Source: Candidatus Thorarchaeota archaeon (GTDB taxonomy: Archaea > Asgardarchaeota > Thorarchaeia > Thorarchaeales > Thorarchaeaceae). From it: a stretch of 64,000 bases of DNA. Below the pieces are notes generated by a model. That model was not told where the DNA came from. It saw only the letters and a program-made list of their open reading frames with translations, and did not search any database. The translations under genes and the position numbers were made by a program. Below are positions 1-9,583 of this stretch, piece by piece (the stretch's first letter is position 1; the number at the start of each line of letters is the position of its first letter). The stretch lies in NCBI GenBank assembly GCA_004524445.1, contig SDNP01000002.1, positions 32,001 through 96,000 of the forward strand. Direction: 5' to 3'.

Positions 1-322
1 CCTGCAGCAACAATACCATCAGATTGGCAATTTTAGTAAGAGATTCTACATCATTTTCTTGTTCGAAGGTAGAACCCACCGTTTGCAGTTTGATTAGTAG
101 TTTCTCTCTTAGTTCAGGAATTAGTTCTTTCACGGACTGGGTCTGCATTTGTTCTTCCGATTCCACCACTATAACAGGACGATCACAATGAGCACAATAC
201 ATCTCATCATCAATTTTGAAAAGGGGTGAGCCACACTGGGGGCATGCCTCTGCTAGCATAGTGGCACCTTTTCTCAATAGCTCAGCCATTCTCTTTACTG
301 ATTCATCGTTCTTGTCTGGCAT
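1..322 (-). CDS. UPF0148/Sjogren autoantigen p27-like Zn-ribbon protein (3' end outside window)
   Basis: Manual translation MPDKNDESVKRMAELLRKGATMLAEACPQCGSPLFK..YCAHC; divergent from UPF0147, a common archaeal neighbour. Confidence 0.8.
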   Translation of the reverse strand, partial: MPDKNDESVKRMAELLRKGATMLAEACPQCGSPLFKIDDEMYCAHCDRPVIVVESEEQMQTQSVKELIPELREKLLIKLQTVGSTFEQENDVESLTKIANLMVLLLQ

Positions 323-569
323 ATTTGATTCAAGCATGTCATCTATTCAGTGGATATAAGCCAATCTACGCAAAGGAAGATTCCGGATCTTTCAAACAGG
401 TTGAGCTCGCTCAATCTGTCAGAAGCAGTTTATCCAGAAGTTTCTGATTGGAAACAAATACTCACAGTATCTTGGACACGCCAAAATGTCTATATGGACA
501 TTGCTTGCCACCTTTCTTTTGTAACTCGCACTCCATTTGTGCGTCAAGATAATTTGAGGTGAGTCCACA

Positions 570-833
570 GTGGACCCCGAAATACAGAGGAGCATAGACC
601 AGAGCAAACACCTGCTCAAACAGATATCAGAGGATTCTTCAGTTCCGCGAAATATTCGCCGAGCTGCTAATGAGGCAATAGCAGTTCTCGATGACGAGAA
701 CGACTCTCCAGCGGCGAGAGCTCAGAACGCAATATCTATTCTCGACGAGCCAAGTCAAGATCCGAACTGTCCAAATCATGCACGTACAAAGATTTGGCAT
801 GTGTCGAGTCTCTTAGAACCCATCCGTGATTAG
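570..833 (+). CDS. UPF0147 family protein
   Basis: DSSVPRNIRRAA..DPNCPNHARTKIW signature. Confidence 0.85.
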   Translation: MDPEIQRSIDQSKHLLKQISEDSSVPRNIRRAANEAIAVLDDENDSPAARAQNAISILDEPSQDPNCPNHARTKIWHVSSLLEPIRD

Positions 834-914
834 CTCTTCACGATTTCACATTTGGAGCACAGTGTTACCATCACTTAGTGGTGACGCGTGCATATTACAT
901 GGGCCGGTTTGCAA

Positions 915-2360
915 ATGAGCAAGGTGAGAATTCGAGGTATATATTCAGAATCATTATCACAGATACTGCTACAGAATCACTATGATATTGTGCAGCCTAC
1001 ACCCTCAGTTGCAAGAAGATTTGGACTCCCAGTACGTACAGATATTCCAGATATTGATATTTGGGATCGCAGCGATTTACAGGGAATCGTTGCAATTGCT
1101 TACGAAGAAACGCTTATGAAACTCACTGAGGTGCTTCGTAGAAGGCTGGGATGGGTTATTACGCGTACGCCGCGAGTGGCAAAGAGCTCAATTTACACGG
1201 GCTGTGTCTCGGGTCGCGATAATCGGACAGGGCATACAAGGATTGATTTGGGGAACATACCAGCCCTTCTTCCGGACAAAGGTCTAAGGCGCGGAGAAAA
1301 AGTTATGGTCCAAGTGAGAGCTCATGACTACGGAAGAAAGGCGCCAGTTTTATCATCTAGTATCACAATTCCGGGAAGAACTGCAGTGCTCTTACCGGAA
1401 CCGGTCGTACGATTGAGCACAAAGATAAAGGACCAAGAAACTCGTAGAAACCTCATTCAGCTCGGTAACGACCTTCGTAAACATACTGGAAAATGGGGCA
1501 TATTGTGGCGTACGGCAGCTGCACGTCTTACAGAAGAAGAGCTTGGAGAAGATGTTGAAGATCTTCTAGATGTTGCACACCGTATCTACAGAGAGTATGA
1601 TGATTCTGATGAGGTGGGACTCTTATTTGAGGGGACGAGCAACGCAGACATCGAGTTTTCAGCTGAGGCAAAAGAAGCGCTGGACAAGACACATGCCAAA
1701 CTAAGACCTACAATAACTCACCACCATTTTTACAAGAGTGCAGGATACGGTGCATTAGTTGATTTAGCCGAAATGATTGTCGAAGACCGACCTGAAGAGA
1801 GGGACTACATGACCTCAAAATTGGAGTTGGTGGTAAGTAAAGACTTGCCTCGGGTTAATGACGCCGTTAATATTGAACATGTAAAACTCGATGGCAGAAA
1901 TATCATTTTGTCAAAAGGCCGGGTTCTTGAGATAAATGCAAATTGCATTTCTATTAGAAGGCAGTTCCGGCATACTAGCAGGAAATTAAAAATGACCCGC
2001 GACTATCCTGATAACGAGGTTCCACGGGACCAGGGAGACTATGCAATCACAAAAGTCGTTCCAGGATCTATGACATTGATTACCGATTATTATTCAAAGA
2101 AAGGGACTCTAAAGGGACGGTATGTAAACATCAACACCGGCATTGAGCTCTATCCCGGTTCGGGGACATCTCCTGGAAGAATCAGGTATATTGATTTGGA
2201 GATTGATGTTATCGACCCAATGCATGGAGATGCTAGAGTTATCGACCAACATTTACTGAAACGAGCGATTCAAAGAGGTTTTATCACAGAAGAGATGGCT
2301 GAAATCGCCAGAAAAAAGGCCAAAATTGAATATCAAAAAATAATCGCCAAAAAAACATAG
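915..2360 (+). CDS. FAU-1-like RNA-binding protein/ribonuclease (DUF402)
   Basis: N-terminal KVRIRGIY, C-terminal YVNINT..IRYIDLEIDV. Confidence 0.85.
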   Translation: MSKVRIRGIYSESLSQILLQNHYDIVQPTPSVARRFGLPVRTDIPDIDIWDRSDLQGIVAIAYEETLMKLTEVLRRRLGWVITRTPRVAKSSIYTGCVSGRDNRTGHTRIDLGNIPALLPDKGLRRGEKVMVQVRAHDYGRKAPVLSSSITIPGRTAVLLPEPVVRLSTKIKDQETRRNLIQLGNDLRKHTGKWGILWRTAAARLTEEELGEDVEDLLDVAHRIYREYDDSDEVGLLFEGTSNADIEFSAEAKEALDKTHAKLRPTITHHHFYKSAGYGALVDLAEMIVEDRPEERDYMTSKLELVVSKDLPRVNDAVNIEHVKLDGRNIILSKGRVLEINANCISIRRQFRHTSRKLKMTRDYPDNEVPRDQGDYAITKVVPGSMTLITDYYSKKGTLKGRYVNINTGIELYPGSGTSPGRIRYIDLEIDVIDPMHGDARVIDQHLLKRAIQRGFITEEMAEIARKKAKIEYQKIIAKKT

Positions 2361-2421
2361 AGGGTATACCAACAGCTACAGCAAACTTGGACAAATATGA
2401 GATAACATGTTGAACAATGAG

Positions 2422-2522
2422 CGGACTTCAGTGTGGTGCCTAAATAGTCTGCTTCTGAACTCTCGTCCAAGGTCATTCCATGACCTCAAGGAGTTCAACC
2501 CAGTGCCGTTTCTTCATAACCG
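2422..2522 (-). ncRNA. Candidate box C/D guide sRNA
   Basis: C-like AUGAAGA (2511-2517), 12-nt guide, D' UUGA, internal hairpin closing a K-turn, D box CUGA (2428-2431). Confidence 0.55.
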
Positions 2523-2604
2523 TTTCTGGGAGGCCAACGCTCCTGTGTCCAAGATTGTCCAACTTACAATAAACGGTGCTCCCATCTGCCATGAGGGGGA
2601 TAAT

Positions 2605-2850
2605 TTAGGTTTCCAATTCGTTGAGTGTTCTCATGGATAGGTCTATGGCACTCATAATGTCTTCAACGGTTGCCCATAGGGACCGAACTCCTTTTTCGCA
2701 TTCAACATTTATTTCTATTCTGTTTTCTCTAACTTCAGAATCTATTCCTATACCAGACGGCAGGGGTGAATTATCCGGCGATATGATACGATGGATAGTT
2801 TTAGCATGATCAGCTACGAAAACAATCTTCATGCGGGCTATTGACTTCAT
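2605..2850 (-). CDS. pcc1: KEOPS subunit Pcc1
   Basis: 81 aa, ISPDN motif, SLWATVEDI; in kae1-bud32-rps15 cluster. Confidence 0.8.
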   Translation of the reverse strand: MKSIARMKIVFVADHAKTIHRIISPDNSPLPSGIGIDSEVRENRIEINVECEKGVRSLWATVEDIMSAIDLSMRTLNELET

Positions 2851-2857
2851 TTGTTAT

Positions 2858-4135
2858 CTATCCTGTTTCATAAAAAATCTGTTGGATTTCCCTGATGTTT
2901 TTCTCTGGTTCTGTTGACATCATAAAGGAAGTAGATGATGTTGCAATTGGGGAGAACTCTGCTTCAAAAAAGGGTTTCATTACCTCAGAGAGACTCTTCT
3001 TATGATTTGACCACGAAATACTGACGAAGTCATTCCCCGTGAGAATTAGAGATTTCGCATTGCCAAATGATGTTTCTAAAAGAATTCTACTAACGTCAGG
3101 AAGAGCCAGGGGGGACCCTATTTTGATTGGTGCAACTAATGTGTCTTCGACCCTCTCCACAGTCGTATCGGAGCTGTTCAAGTATACGATTGTTTCTTGA
3201 TGGGCGTCTAATACTTCAGTAGTGTGATTCTTGTAGACATCCTGTAATCTCTTCAGAATTCTTCCGCGGTCGCCCAATAAGACGCCTATAGCTAGTCCGA
3301 ATAACTTCCTGCTCCATACGGTTTTTAGTAGTGACTTCATCTCGGAGAGGTAACGAAGGGGACTTTGAGATTCCTCCAATAGAAACTCTAAATCGGTACC
3401 TAGAATTTGAGAGAGGGTATTAGGAGATAAACGGGTTACTAAACTCGCAGAAAGCTGCTTTCTTTCTTCAGTGGTCAATTCGTCGATGGTTCCACTTCTC
3501 TTAGCCAGCGGAATATTGGATTCTTCAAGCAACCTCTCGCATGCACTCTCCATTCCACTAAGGCCATCTAAGTAGGGATGAATACATCTACTAAGAGCAT
3601 CTACAATTGTGAGGTGATTGGTACCAGGGATTTTGAATCCCTTTTTCTTTTGAATGATGTTTTGCTCTGTTCCAGATGCTAGCAGGGAATCTACAACTGT
3701 AGATGATTCGTTTTCAACATGGGCGCCAAGAATAGAGAGGCCGAGGTCTGCTTCTGCGACCTCCATTTGCTCTAAAGCAAAACCATACACTTGAAGACCT
3801 AACGGAATGCCATCTGTTCCATGGGATGAGAAGGTGAGAGTGTTTTTGAAGTCATTTTTCCCTATGATATCAACCCCAATCAAGACATTCGTATAATTCC
3901 TGTTCTTTTCTATAATTTTGAGAAGCTGCGACCTTTGAATGATTGGATTGATGAATTTTACATGAAAGAGTTGCTTGGTTTGAAATGCAGCTCTACATAG
4001 AATTGAAGCAGAAATTATACTATGCGGCTCAAAGGATGCGAGGATTAGAATTGGCTTATCGGCTCTGAGCGGCGTCTTGACATAGTCTTTTCTGATGCTG
4101 TCAAGTAGACCATTATCTGGTGCTCGTTCGCTCAT
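2858..4135 (-). CDS. Degenerate DHH/RecJ-like protein
   Basis: Occupies the usual DHH-gene position after rps15; DHH-like N-terminus but DxDG appears as EPHS and no DHH motif is seen. Confidence 0.65.
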   Translation of the reverse strand: MSERAPDNGLLDSIRKDYVKTPLRADKPILILASFEPHSIISASILCRAAFQTKQLFHVKFINPIIQRSQLLKIIEKNRNYTNVLIGVDIIGKNDFKNTLTFSSHGTDGIPLGLQVYGFALEQMEVAEADLGLSILGAHVENESSTVVDSLLASGTEQNIIQKKKGFKIPGTNHLTIVDALSRCIHPYLDGLSGMESACERLLEESNIPLAKRSGTIDELTTEERKQLSASLVTRLSPNTLSQILGTDLEFLLEESQSPLRYLSEMKSLLKTVWSRKLFGLAIGVLLGDRGRILKRLQDVYKNHTTEVLDAHQETIVYLNSSDTTVERVEDTLVAPIKIGSPLALPDVSRILLETSFGNAKSLILTGNDFVSISWSNHKKSLSEVMKPFFEAEFSPIATSSTSFMMSTEPEKNIREIQQIFYETG

Positions 4136-4167
4136 TTTTGAAAATGAGGAACAGTAGAATGATAAAA

Positions 4168-4623
4168 CTACCGCAAGAGAACAGCAGCCTGCTCAGGACT
4201 GTATTTCCAGTCTGCAGGTAGTACTCTCACCCTTCGATAGTATTTAGAGAGCCTGTGGACTTTGCTTTCAATAAGTTGCAGCCCACGCTTTGCGACAAAA
4301 TCTTTCCTGTTTTCTTCAAGATGCCTACGAATTCGTTGAGCTTTTGCAATCAGATTTCTAAGATCTTCTGGGACTTGTCGCTGTAAATCGTTCTCTTCAA
4401 CAATCTTGGTTATTCTCTTCCCCGTGATGACTTTGACCAGAGGAACTCCATACTGATCTCTGAGAATTGTTCCTATCATTGAGGGCGTATTTCCAGCTTT
4501 TGCAAGCTCGACAACTTTGTCCTCTACCCACTTTGCATCTTTGTCAAACCATTCGGGTACTTCGGGGGTGGAGGGTCTGTTGCTTGCTGCTTGCCCTTTT
4601 CTTCTGGTATGCATTCTCGCCAT
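4168..4623 (-). CDS. rps15: 30S ribosomal protein uS15
   Basis: MARMHTRRKG..IGTILRDQYG..LIESKVHRLSKYY. Confidence 0.97.
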   Translation of the reverse strand: MARMHTRRKGQAASNRPSTPEVPEWFDKDAKWVEDKVVELAKAGNTPSMIGTILRDQYGVPLVKVITGKRITKIVEENDLQRQVPEDLRNLIAKAQRIRRHLEENRKDFVAKRGLQLIESKVHRLSKYYRRVRVLPADWKYSPEQAAVLLR

Positions 4624-4737
4624 CAGTATTACCTCTTAATAGCAGCATTTTCCGCTGCCTGTCGAGTCGCTCTCACGGCCAGAAACTCGCGATATAAAGA
4701 TTGCCTTGTGTCCGGCGTTAGTGCAGTATTTTGGAGA

Positions 4738-5367
4738 CTAATGGTATCTTCCACGTGTTCGAATTTCTTCCATTCTAGACAGATTTGGTTCGGCAAAATC
4801 ACCCAATACTTCAGTGTAGCCTTCTATTGTTGATTGTAGCATCTCGTCTTGATGAGTCCAGTGGGTTGTTTCAAATGCTCTGCGAATGAGATGTAGGTCT
4901 ACGCCTTTCATTTCGGTGTCAGCATTAAATTCCGACAGTCCAAAATCAATCATCCAAAGGCGAGATTTCTTGTCAATTATCACGTTACTGGTGGTGGGAT
5001 CACCATGAACCAGATTTCCATCATGAAGCTTGCCAATTAGTGATCCGAATTGATTACACAAACGTCTTAGAAGGGAGGGAGAAACTTGGCCAACTGCTTC
5101 CTTTAGTTGCTTGCCCGCAATGTGGTCCAAGATTAGTGTGTAATTCTGCATATCGACTGAGTGCACGGCAGGTGTTGGAATTCCAAGACTCCGGGCGATG
5201 TTAAGGCTCTTACATTCTCTTGCCGTTCTACTGGCTCGCAAGTATGTATCCAATTCGCTCAATAGGTATGGTTTCCTTGGTCTCCTTTTTGCTACGTATG
5301 TGTGTCCCCAAATAGTAATTCTTGTAATCTCGGATTCTGCCCCCAATGCAATGATATCGTTCGTCAT
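4738..5367 (-). CDS. bud32: KEOPS kinase Bud32
   Basis: GAES, HGDPTTSN, IDFGL, KGVDL. Confidence 0.95.
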   Translation of the reverse strand: MTNDIIALGAESEITRITIWGHTYVAKRRPRKPYLLSELDTYLRASRTARECKSLNIARSLGIPTPAVHSVDMQNYTLILDHIAGKQLKEAVGQVSPSLLRRLCNQFGSLIGKLHDGNLVHGDPTTSNVIIDKKSRLWMIDFGLSEFNADTEMKGVDLHLIRRAFETTHWTHQDEMLQSTIEGYTEVLGDFAEPNLSRMEEIRTRGRYH

Positions 5368-5369
5368 AA

Positions 5370-6359
5370 CTAGGTCCTCCAATTGATTTCTTGTTCATCT
5401 GTCCGCCATTTCGGAATTACAACAGATTCCTCAATCGCTGTCTGATTGCCGTGCTCATATTGAAGAATTCCAGTCCAAGCAATCATCGCCCCCTGATCCC
5501 CAGCTAGTGAGGGAGATACTCTATGATATCTACTACTGTGTCTTTTTGCTAAACCGGCCAGCATCTGTGATAAACGTTCATTTCGTGCAACGCCCCCTGT
5601 CAGAAGTAGTTCCTTCTTTCCGGTATGTGCAATAGCCCGCTCTGCTACTTCAGCAATCATCCCAAATCCAGTTTCTTGAATACTATAACACAAGTCGGGT
5701 AGTGGCGTTCCTTCATCATGCAGCCGTTGTGCTGCAGTTAGCATTCCGGAGTAACTGAAATCCATCCCTTTTACTGAGTAGGGTAATGTATGATATTCAC
5801 TGCCTTGTCTTGCCTCAATTTCAATCCGAGGGCCTGCGGGAAATGGCATGCCCACATATCGCCCGAACGTATCAAGCATGTTCCCGATAGCAATATCCAA
5901 TGTTTCTCCGAATGTCCGGTACCGCTTCCCAGCATAAGCGATAATTTGTGAATTGCCACCGGATACGTATACTGTGACTGGGTCAATGAAATTGGATTCC
6001 ATTCGACCAATCTCAATATGAGCAATACAGTGATTGACGCCTACCAATGGCACGGATAAGGTCAGTGCCAATGCCCGAGCAATTGTAGCTGTTGTTCGTA
6101 GGCAAGGACCCAAACCCGGCCCTTGTGAAAAAGCAACCAGGTCAATGTCTTCTGGGCTAATTCCGGCCTGCGTGATGGCATTGCTGATGAGTTCCGGTCC
6201 CACTTGAGCATGGTGCTGACTTGCTTCCCTTGGGTGAATTCCCCCACTGTCTGGTTGCAACATGTCCCACAGGTTGGAGTGAACTGTGCCATCATTTGTT
6301 ACTAAAGCCGCACCAAAGGAGTGAGCTGTTCCTTCAATTCCAAGACAGGTAAGTGTCAT
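5370..6359 (-). CDS. kae1: t6A synthase Kae1
   Basis: GIEGTAH, HPREA, VNHCIAH, GGVARN, DQGAMIA. Confidence 0.97.
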   Translation of the reverse strand: MTLTCLGIEGTAHSFGAALVTNDGTVHSNLWDMLQPDSGGIHPREASQHHAQVGPELISNAITQAGISPEDIDLVAFSQGPGLGPCLRTTATIARALALTLSVPLVGVNHCIAHIEIGRMESNFIDPVTVYVSGGNSQIIAYAGKRYRTFGETLDIAIGNMLDTFGRYVGMPFPAGPRIEIEARQGSEYHTLPYSVKGMDFSYSGMLTAAQRLHDEGTPLPDLCYSIQETGFGMIAEVAERAIAHTGKKELLLTGGVARNERLSQMLAGLAKRHSSRYHRVSPSLAGDQGAMIAWTGILQYEHGNQTAIEESVVIPKWRTDEQEINWRT

Positions 6360-6471
6360 ATTTTATACCATCCCTCATGTAGCATTATTGTTGGCTGTGA
6401 TTCTTTCACTGGGTCTTTGTAGCAAAGGCTTTATAATACACTCAACGGGGCATTTCGAAGAGGATACATAA

Positions 6472-6717
6472 ATGTCGGATGAGAAAAACCCAATAAAGGC
6501 ATTGGAGCAGCATCTTGGCAATGTCGTATCAATCAAGCTGAAGGATGAGAGAATATTCAGGGGACGCCTAACAAGATGTGATGTGTACATGAATCTGACG
6601 ATGGCTGACGCAGAGGAGCTGGACTACGACGAAGAGGGTTCAACACAAGTGAAAGCTAAGTATGGTGAGATTCTACTTAGAGGCAATAATATCCTCTGGA
6701 TTCAGATATCAGAATGA
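6472..6717 (+). CDS. Sm/Lsm-like protein
   Basis: Sm1 (GRL..D.YMNL) and Sm2 (ILLRGNNI) motifs. Confidence 0.92.
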   Translation: MSDEKNPIKALEQHLGNVVSIKLKDERIFRGRLTRCDVYMNLTMADAEELDYDEEGSTQVKAKYGEILLRGNNILWIQISE

Positions 6718-6718
6718 A

Positions 6719-8737
6719 TTATCTTTCGATGTCACGTCTGTATTTTTCCACCATTTCAACAAGCTGATCTTCACTTCTTTGTCTCGCCTTTTCTCTAGCT
6801 TCCATCATGAATTTCCTCATTTGCTTCTCGAATTTCTTCTGATTTATGAATGCAAATTCATCAATACGCTGAAGTTCGACTTCTGTTGCCTCTATCACGG
6901 GAATGGTTGCATCAACTAATTCATTCACTGCGAGATGTGATAATGGAGTGTCTGTTACTACGGCAGCCACTCCTCTATCGATTAACATTGAGGCAGTTTG
7001 AGGACCGCCTCCCGATGCGTCTTCGAATAGAATGATGTCGTTCGATTTTATGCCAACATTATTCTCATATTCTAGAATACATTCCTTAGTGAAGTGTGGA
7101 ATGGTTTTAATGGCGAGCATATCCCCTCGCATCTCAAGCCTTTTTACGCCAATCAAGCGGTCTAATCGTTCTTCTAGCGATTTGATGGTTCGTCTTAGTT
7201 TCCGGTTATCCCGTCTAATATGTTTTATAGCAGACTCTTTCCTCGCAAGTTCTCTATCCCTCTTAACACGCCAATAATTGTCTTGATTCACTATTTCCAA
7301 GCTGTGTTCCAATTCAGTTTGCCTGAATTTGTGATATTCGACCAGTCGATTCAAATCGTCGATTTTCTCCTCCAGAACATCCTTTTCATGTTCTAATGAT
7401 TCTATTATAGTTCTTAGCCGGTCCAGTTGTTCGCGTGTCACGGGTTCTTCTTTGGGCATTTCTGCTGGAGGGGGTTCGACAACTTTCGCTTCCTTGCGAG
7501 TAAGACTGGCTATTGCTTCACTCATAGGCATTCCTTTGATCACTAGAGCTTTCAGATGATTCCTATTGAGAGGAAGGCTTTCTTCACGTACTCGTTTGTC
7601 GATTTGATCTAGTTTGGGTTGTTGGTTACGCAATGCGTATACAGCGGCTGTCAATGCATCCCTTTCGTGAGCATTTCGAATCTTATAGTCGTCTGAGTAT
7701 TCACGTGCAATTTCGTTCTTTTCTGCAACGGGAATCTCCTTGCTGGGAGTGAATACCTCAGCCTTGATTGAACTGGCAAGCTTATCAACAAAATGAGGGG
7801 TATTCGGAACGTCTGACGCCACCAAAACTGGCATTCCTTGCCGATAGACTCTCCTGATTATTTCTGCCCGCGTAAGGCCCTTCTTGCTAACGAGTTTGTG
7901 AATCTTTCCAGTGAGTGTCAAGAGACAAATGGCTGCAGTGGTACCAGGGTCAACCCCTAAGACAAAGTATTTGGGAGTGAAATCTTTCGGGACGGGTTGA
8001 GGTTCTAGAGGGATGAACTCGGTTCTCTTACGGACCGGACTTATTTGTACATTAAAGTCGCCCCCACGCTTGGAGCTGACAAGCTTACGGATGACTGGTA
8101 TGGGTGAATAGGCGATAATTCTAGCACTAGAGTATCCAAAATCTGATTCGCGTATATCACGTTCGTATTCGATTTCTTCTTCTTTTAGTCTGCTCTGAAT
8201 TTCTCGTGTCATTTGCTGGATACGAGAATGCATTCTTCTGCGATATCTATTGGTACTCTGCCCCCCTCTACCAACTTTTCTACCACGGGTGATTTTGATT
8301 TCTGTTTCTCCGCTAAAACATTCTAATCTATGTCCTACACCCAATGAAGTCAATTCAGCGGCAATTCTTGCAGATTCTAGTGGACTAGGTTTTCCCCGTA
8401 CATCTATGTGGTGATTTTTCGCCAAACGTTTTAGGGAAACCTGGTGAGGAGGAGCTCCAGTTACTTGAACAATTCTGGTTTCTGACGGGAGGCGCTTAAC
8501 GAATTGATAAAGCGACTTGCTGTCAGGTACGATTTCAAAGATGTTATCTGTGCTGACCCAGGTGGGCTCTATTTCCCGAATCAAACGTATTAGGGAAGAA
8601 CGGCTTATCTGAGGGTATTCATTCAAAACAGCTCCATCTCGAAATACAACACATGCAAATTGAGCCATAGACTTGGACCTTGGGCTTCGGGAGGGGAGGA
8701 TATCGAAACCAACGATAAGGTCGCCGTTTTTATCCAT
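6719..8737 (-). CDS. DUF460 protein (RNase H-like plus coiled coil)
   Basis: GGQSTNRYRR, GVDPGTT, HERDAL, long coiled coil. Confidence 0.85.
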   Translation of the reverse strand: MDKNGDLIVGFDILPSRSPRSKSMAQFACVVFRDGAVLNEYPQISRSSLIRLIREIEPTWVSTDNIFEIVPDSKSLYQFVKRLPSETRIVQVTGAPPHQVSLKRLAKNHHIDVRGKPSPLESARIAAELTSLGVGHRLECFSGETEIKITRGRKVGRGGQSTNRYRRRMHSRIQQMTREIQSRLKEEEIEYERDIRESDFGYSSARIIAYSPIPVIRKLVSSKRGGDFNVQISPVRKRTEFIPLEPQPVPKDFTPKYFVLGVDPGTTAAICLLTLTGKIHKLVSKKGLTRAEIIRRVYRQGMPVLVASDVPNTPHFVDKLASSIKAEVFTPSKEIPVAEKNEIAREYSDDYKIRNAHERDALTAAVYALRNQQPKLDQIDKRVREESLPLNRNHLKALVIKGMPMSEAIASLTRKEAKVVEPPPAEMPKEEPVTREQLDRLRTIIESLEHEKDVLEEKIDDLNRLVEYHKFRQTELEHSLEIVNQDNYWRVKRDRELARKESAIKHIRRDNRKLRRTIKSLEERLDRLIGVKRLEMRGDMLAIKTIPHFTKECILEYENNVGIKSNDIILFEDASGGGPQTASMLIDRGVAAVVTDTPLSHLAVNELVDATIPVIEATEVELQRIDEFAFINQKKFEKQMRKFMMEAREKARQRSEDQLVEMVEKYRRDIER

Positions 8738-8927
8738 TTGTTTGCCACTCGTTACCGAGTTTTTTGGTAAGGCTATAAGGATTCACATGTAGAATTAGAG
8801 AAATTTATGCATTCGAACAACACAGAACGTACAGTTTTGTCAAAGATTTCTTTATTTGTAGAGAGATTGGGCCATTGTAAGATAAAGAGTGTTGACTCAG
8901 AGCAACCACATAGTGGAACGACCATAT

Positions 8928-9518
8928 TTAGCTGGACACTAGATAAGCATGCCATCTCTTGATTCTGCGCAATATGTTTTCACGTTCATCAGGATTGATT
9001 GGTTTTGTGCCTCTAGCTCGTAGAAATTTCAAAACTATGTCCATATCTTGAGATACTTTATTATTCGGTTTTTGAGGGGTGATCAACTCATCCTTGGCAG
9101 ATTGTACATATTCTGCCACCACTTCTGCTGGGCTATTTGCATTTTCCACCTCAAAAGCTATTGGATCCAGTACTCTCGATACACGAGCTTCATTCAGATT
9201 GGTTTCTCCGACTGCCTTCTCGGATTCTGATTCCACCGACTCAGAAAATGATGATTCGGTTTTTGCATGGTCGGAAGACGGTTGTTTTGATTCACTAGCG
9301 GCTGGCTTAGTGACGGGGTCGTATGGTTGAGCAGTCCCTTTTTTGGCTTTCACTTCGGAAAAAATAGCCGAATTTTCTTCGTCGGATAGAGGAATGCCTC
9401 CCAAATGGGATCGAAGCTCGTTCATGATATCATAAAGCTCAACTAGATTCGACTGCATGGCATCTATCAGCCTGTTTACCTTCTTCCGCGTTTCATCTGA
9501 CAGCGAAAACATCTCCAC
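8928..9518 (-). CDS. Hypothetical protein
   Basis: 196-aa ORF with helical ends and S/E-rich linker, co-oriented downstream of herA. Confidence 0.6.
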   Translation of the reverse strand: MEMFSLSDETRKKVNRLIDAMQSNLVELYDIMNELRSHLGGIPLSDEENSAIFSEVKAKKGTAQPYDPVTKPAASESKQPSSDHAKTESSFSESVESESEKAVGETNLNEARVSRVLDPIAFEVENANSPAEVVAEYVQSAKDELITPQKPNNKVSQDMDIVLKFLRARGTKPINPDERENILRRIKRWHAYLVSS

Positions 9519-9583
9519 GATTTATTGGTATGCAGATAAGGAAGATTTGCATATCAGAATTATGTAGTGGTACATGATTATTA

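Noticed and set aside
2440-2592. Small minus-strand ORF with in-frame TGA (..EVME-U-PWT..) as a selenoprotein
   Set aside because: No recognisable SECIS or known selenoprotein family; the sequence is better explained as a C/D sRNA
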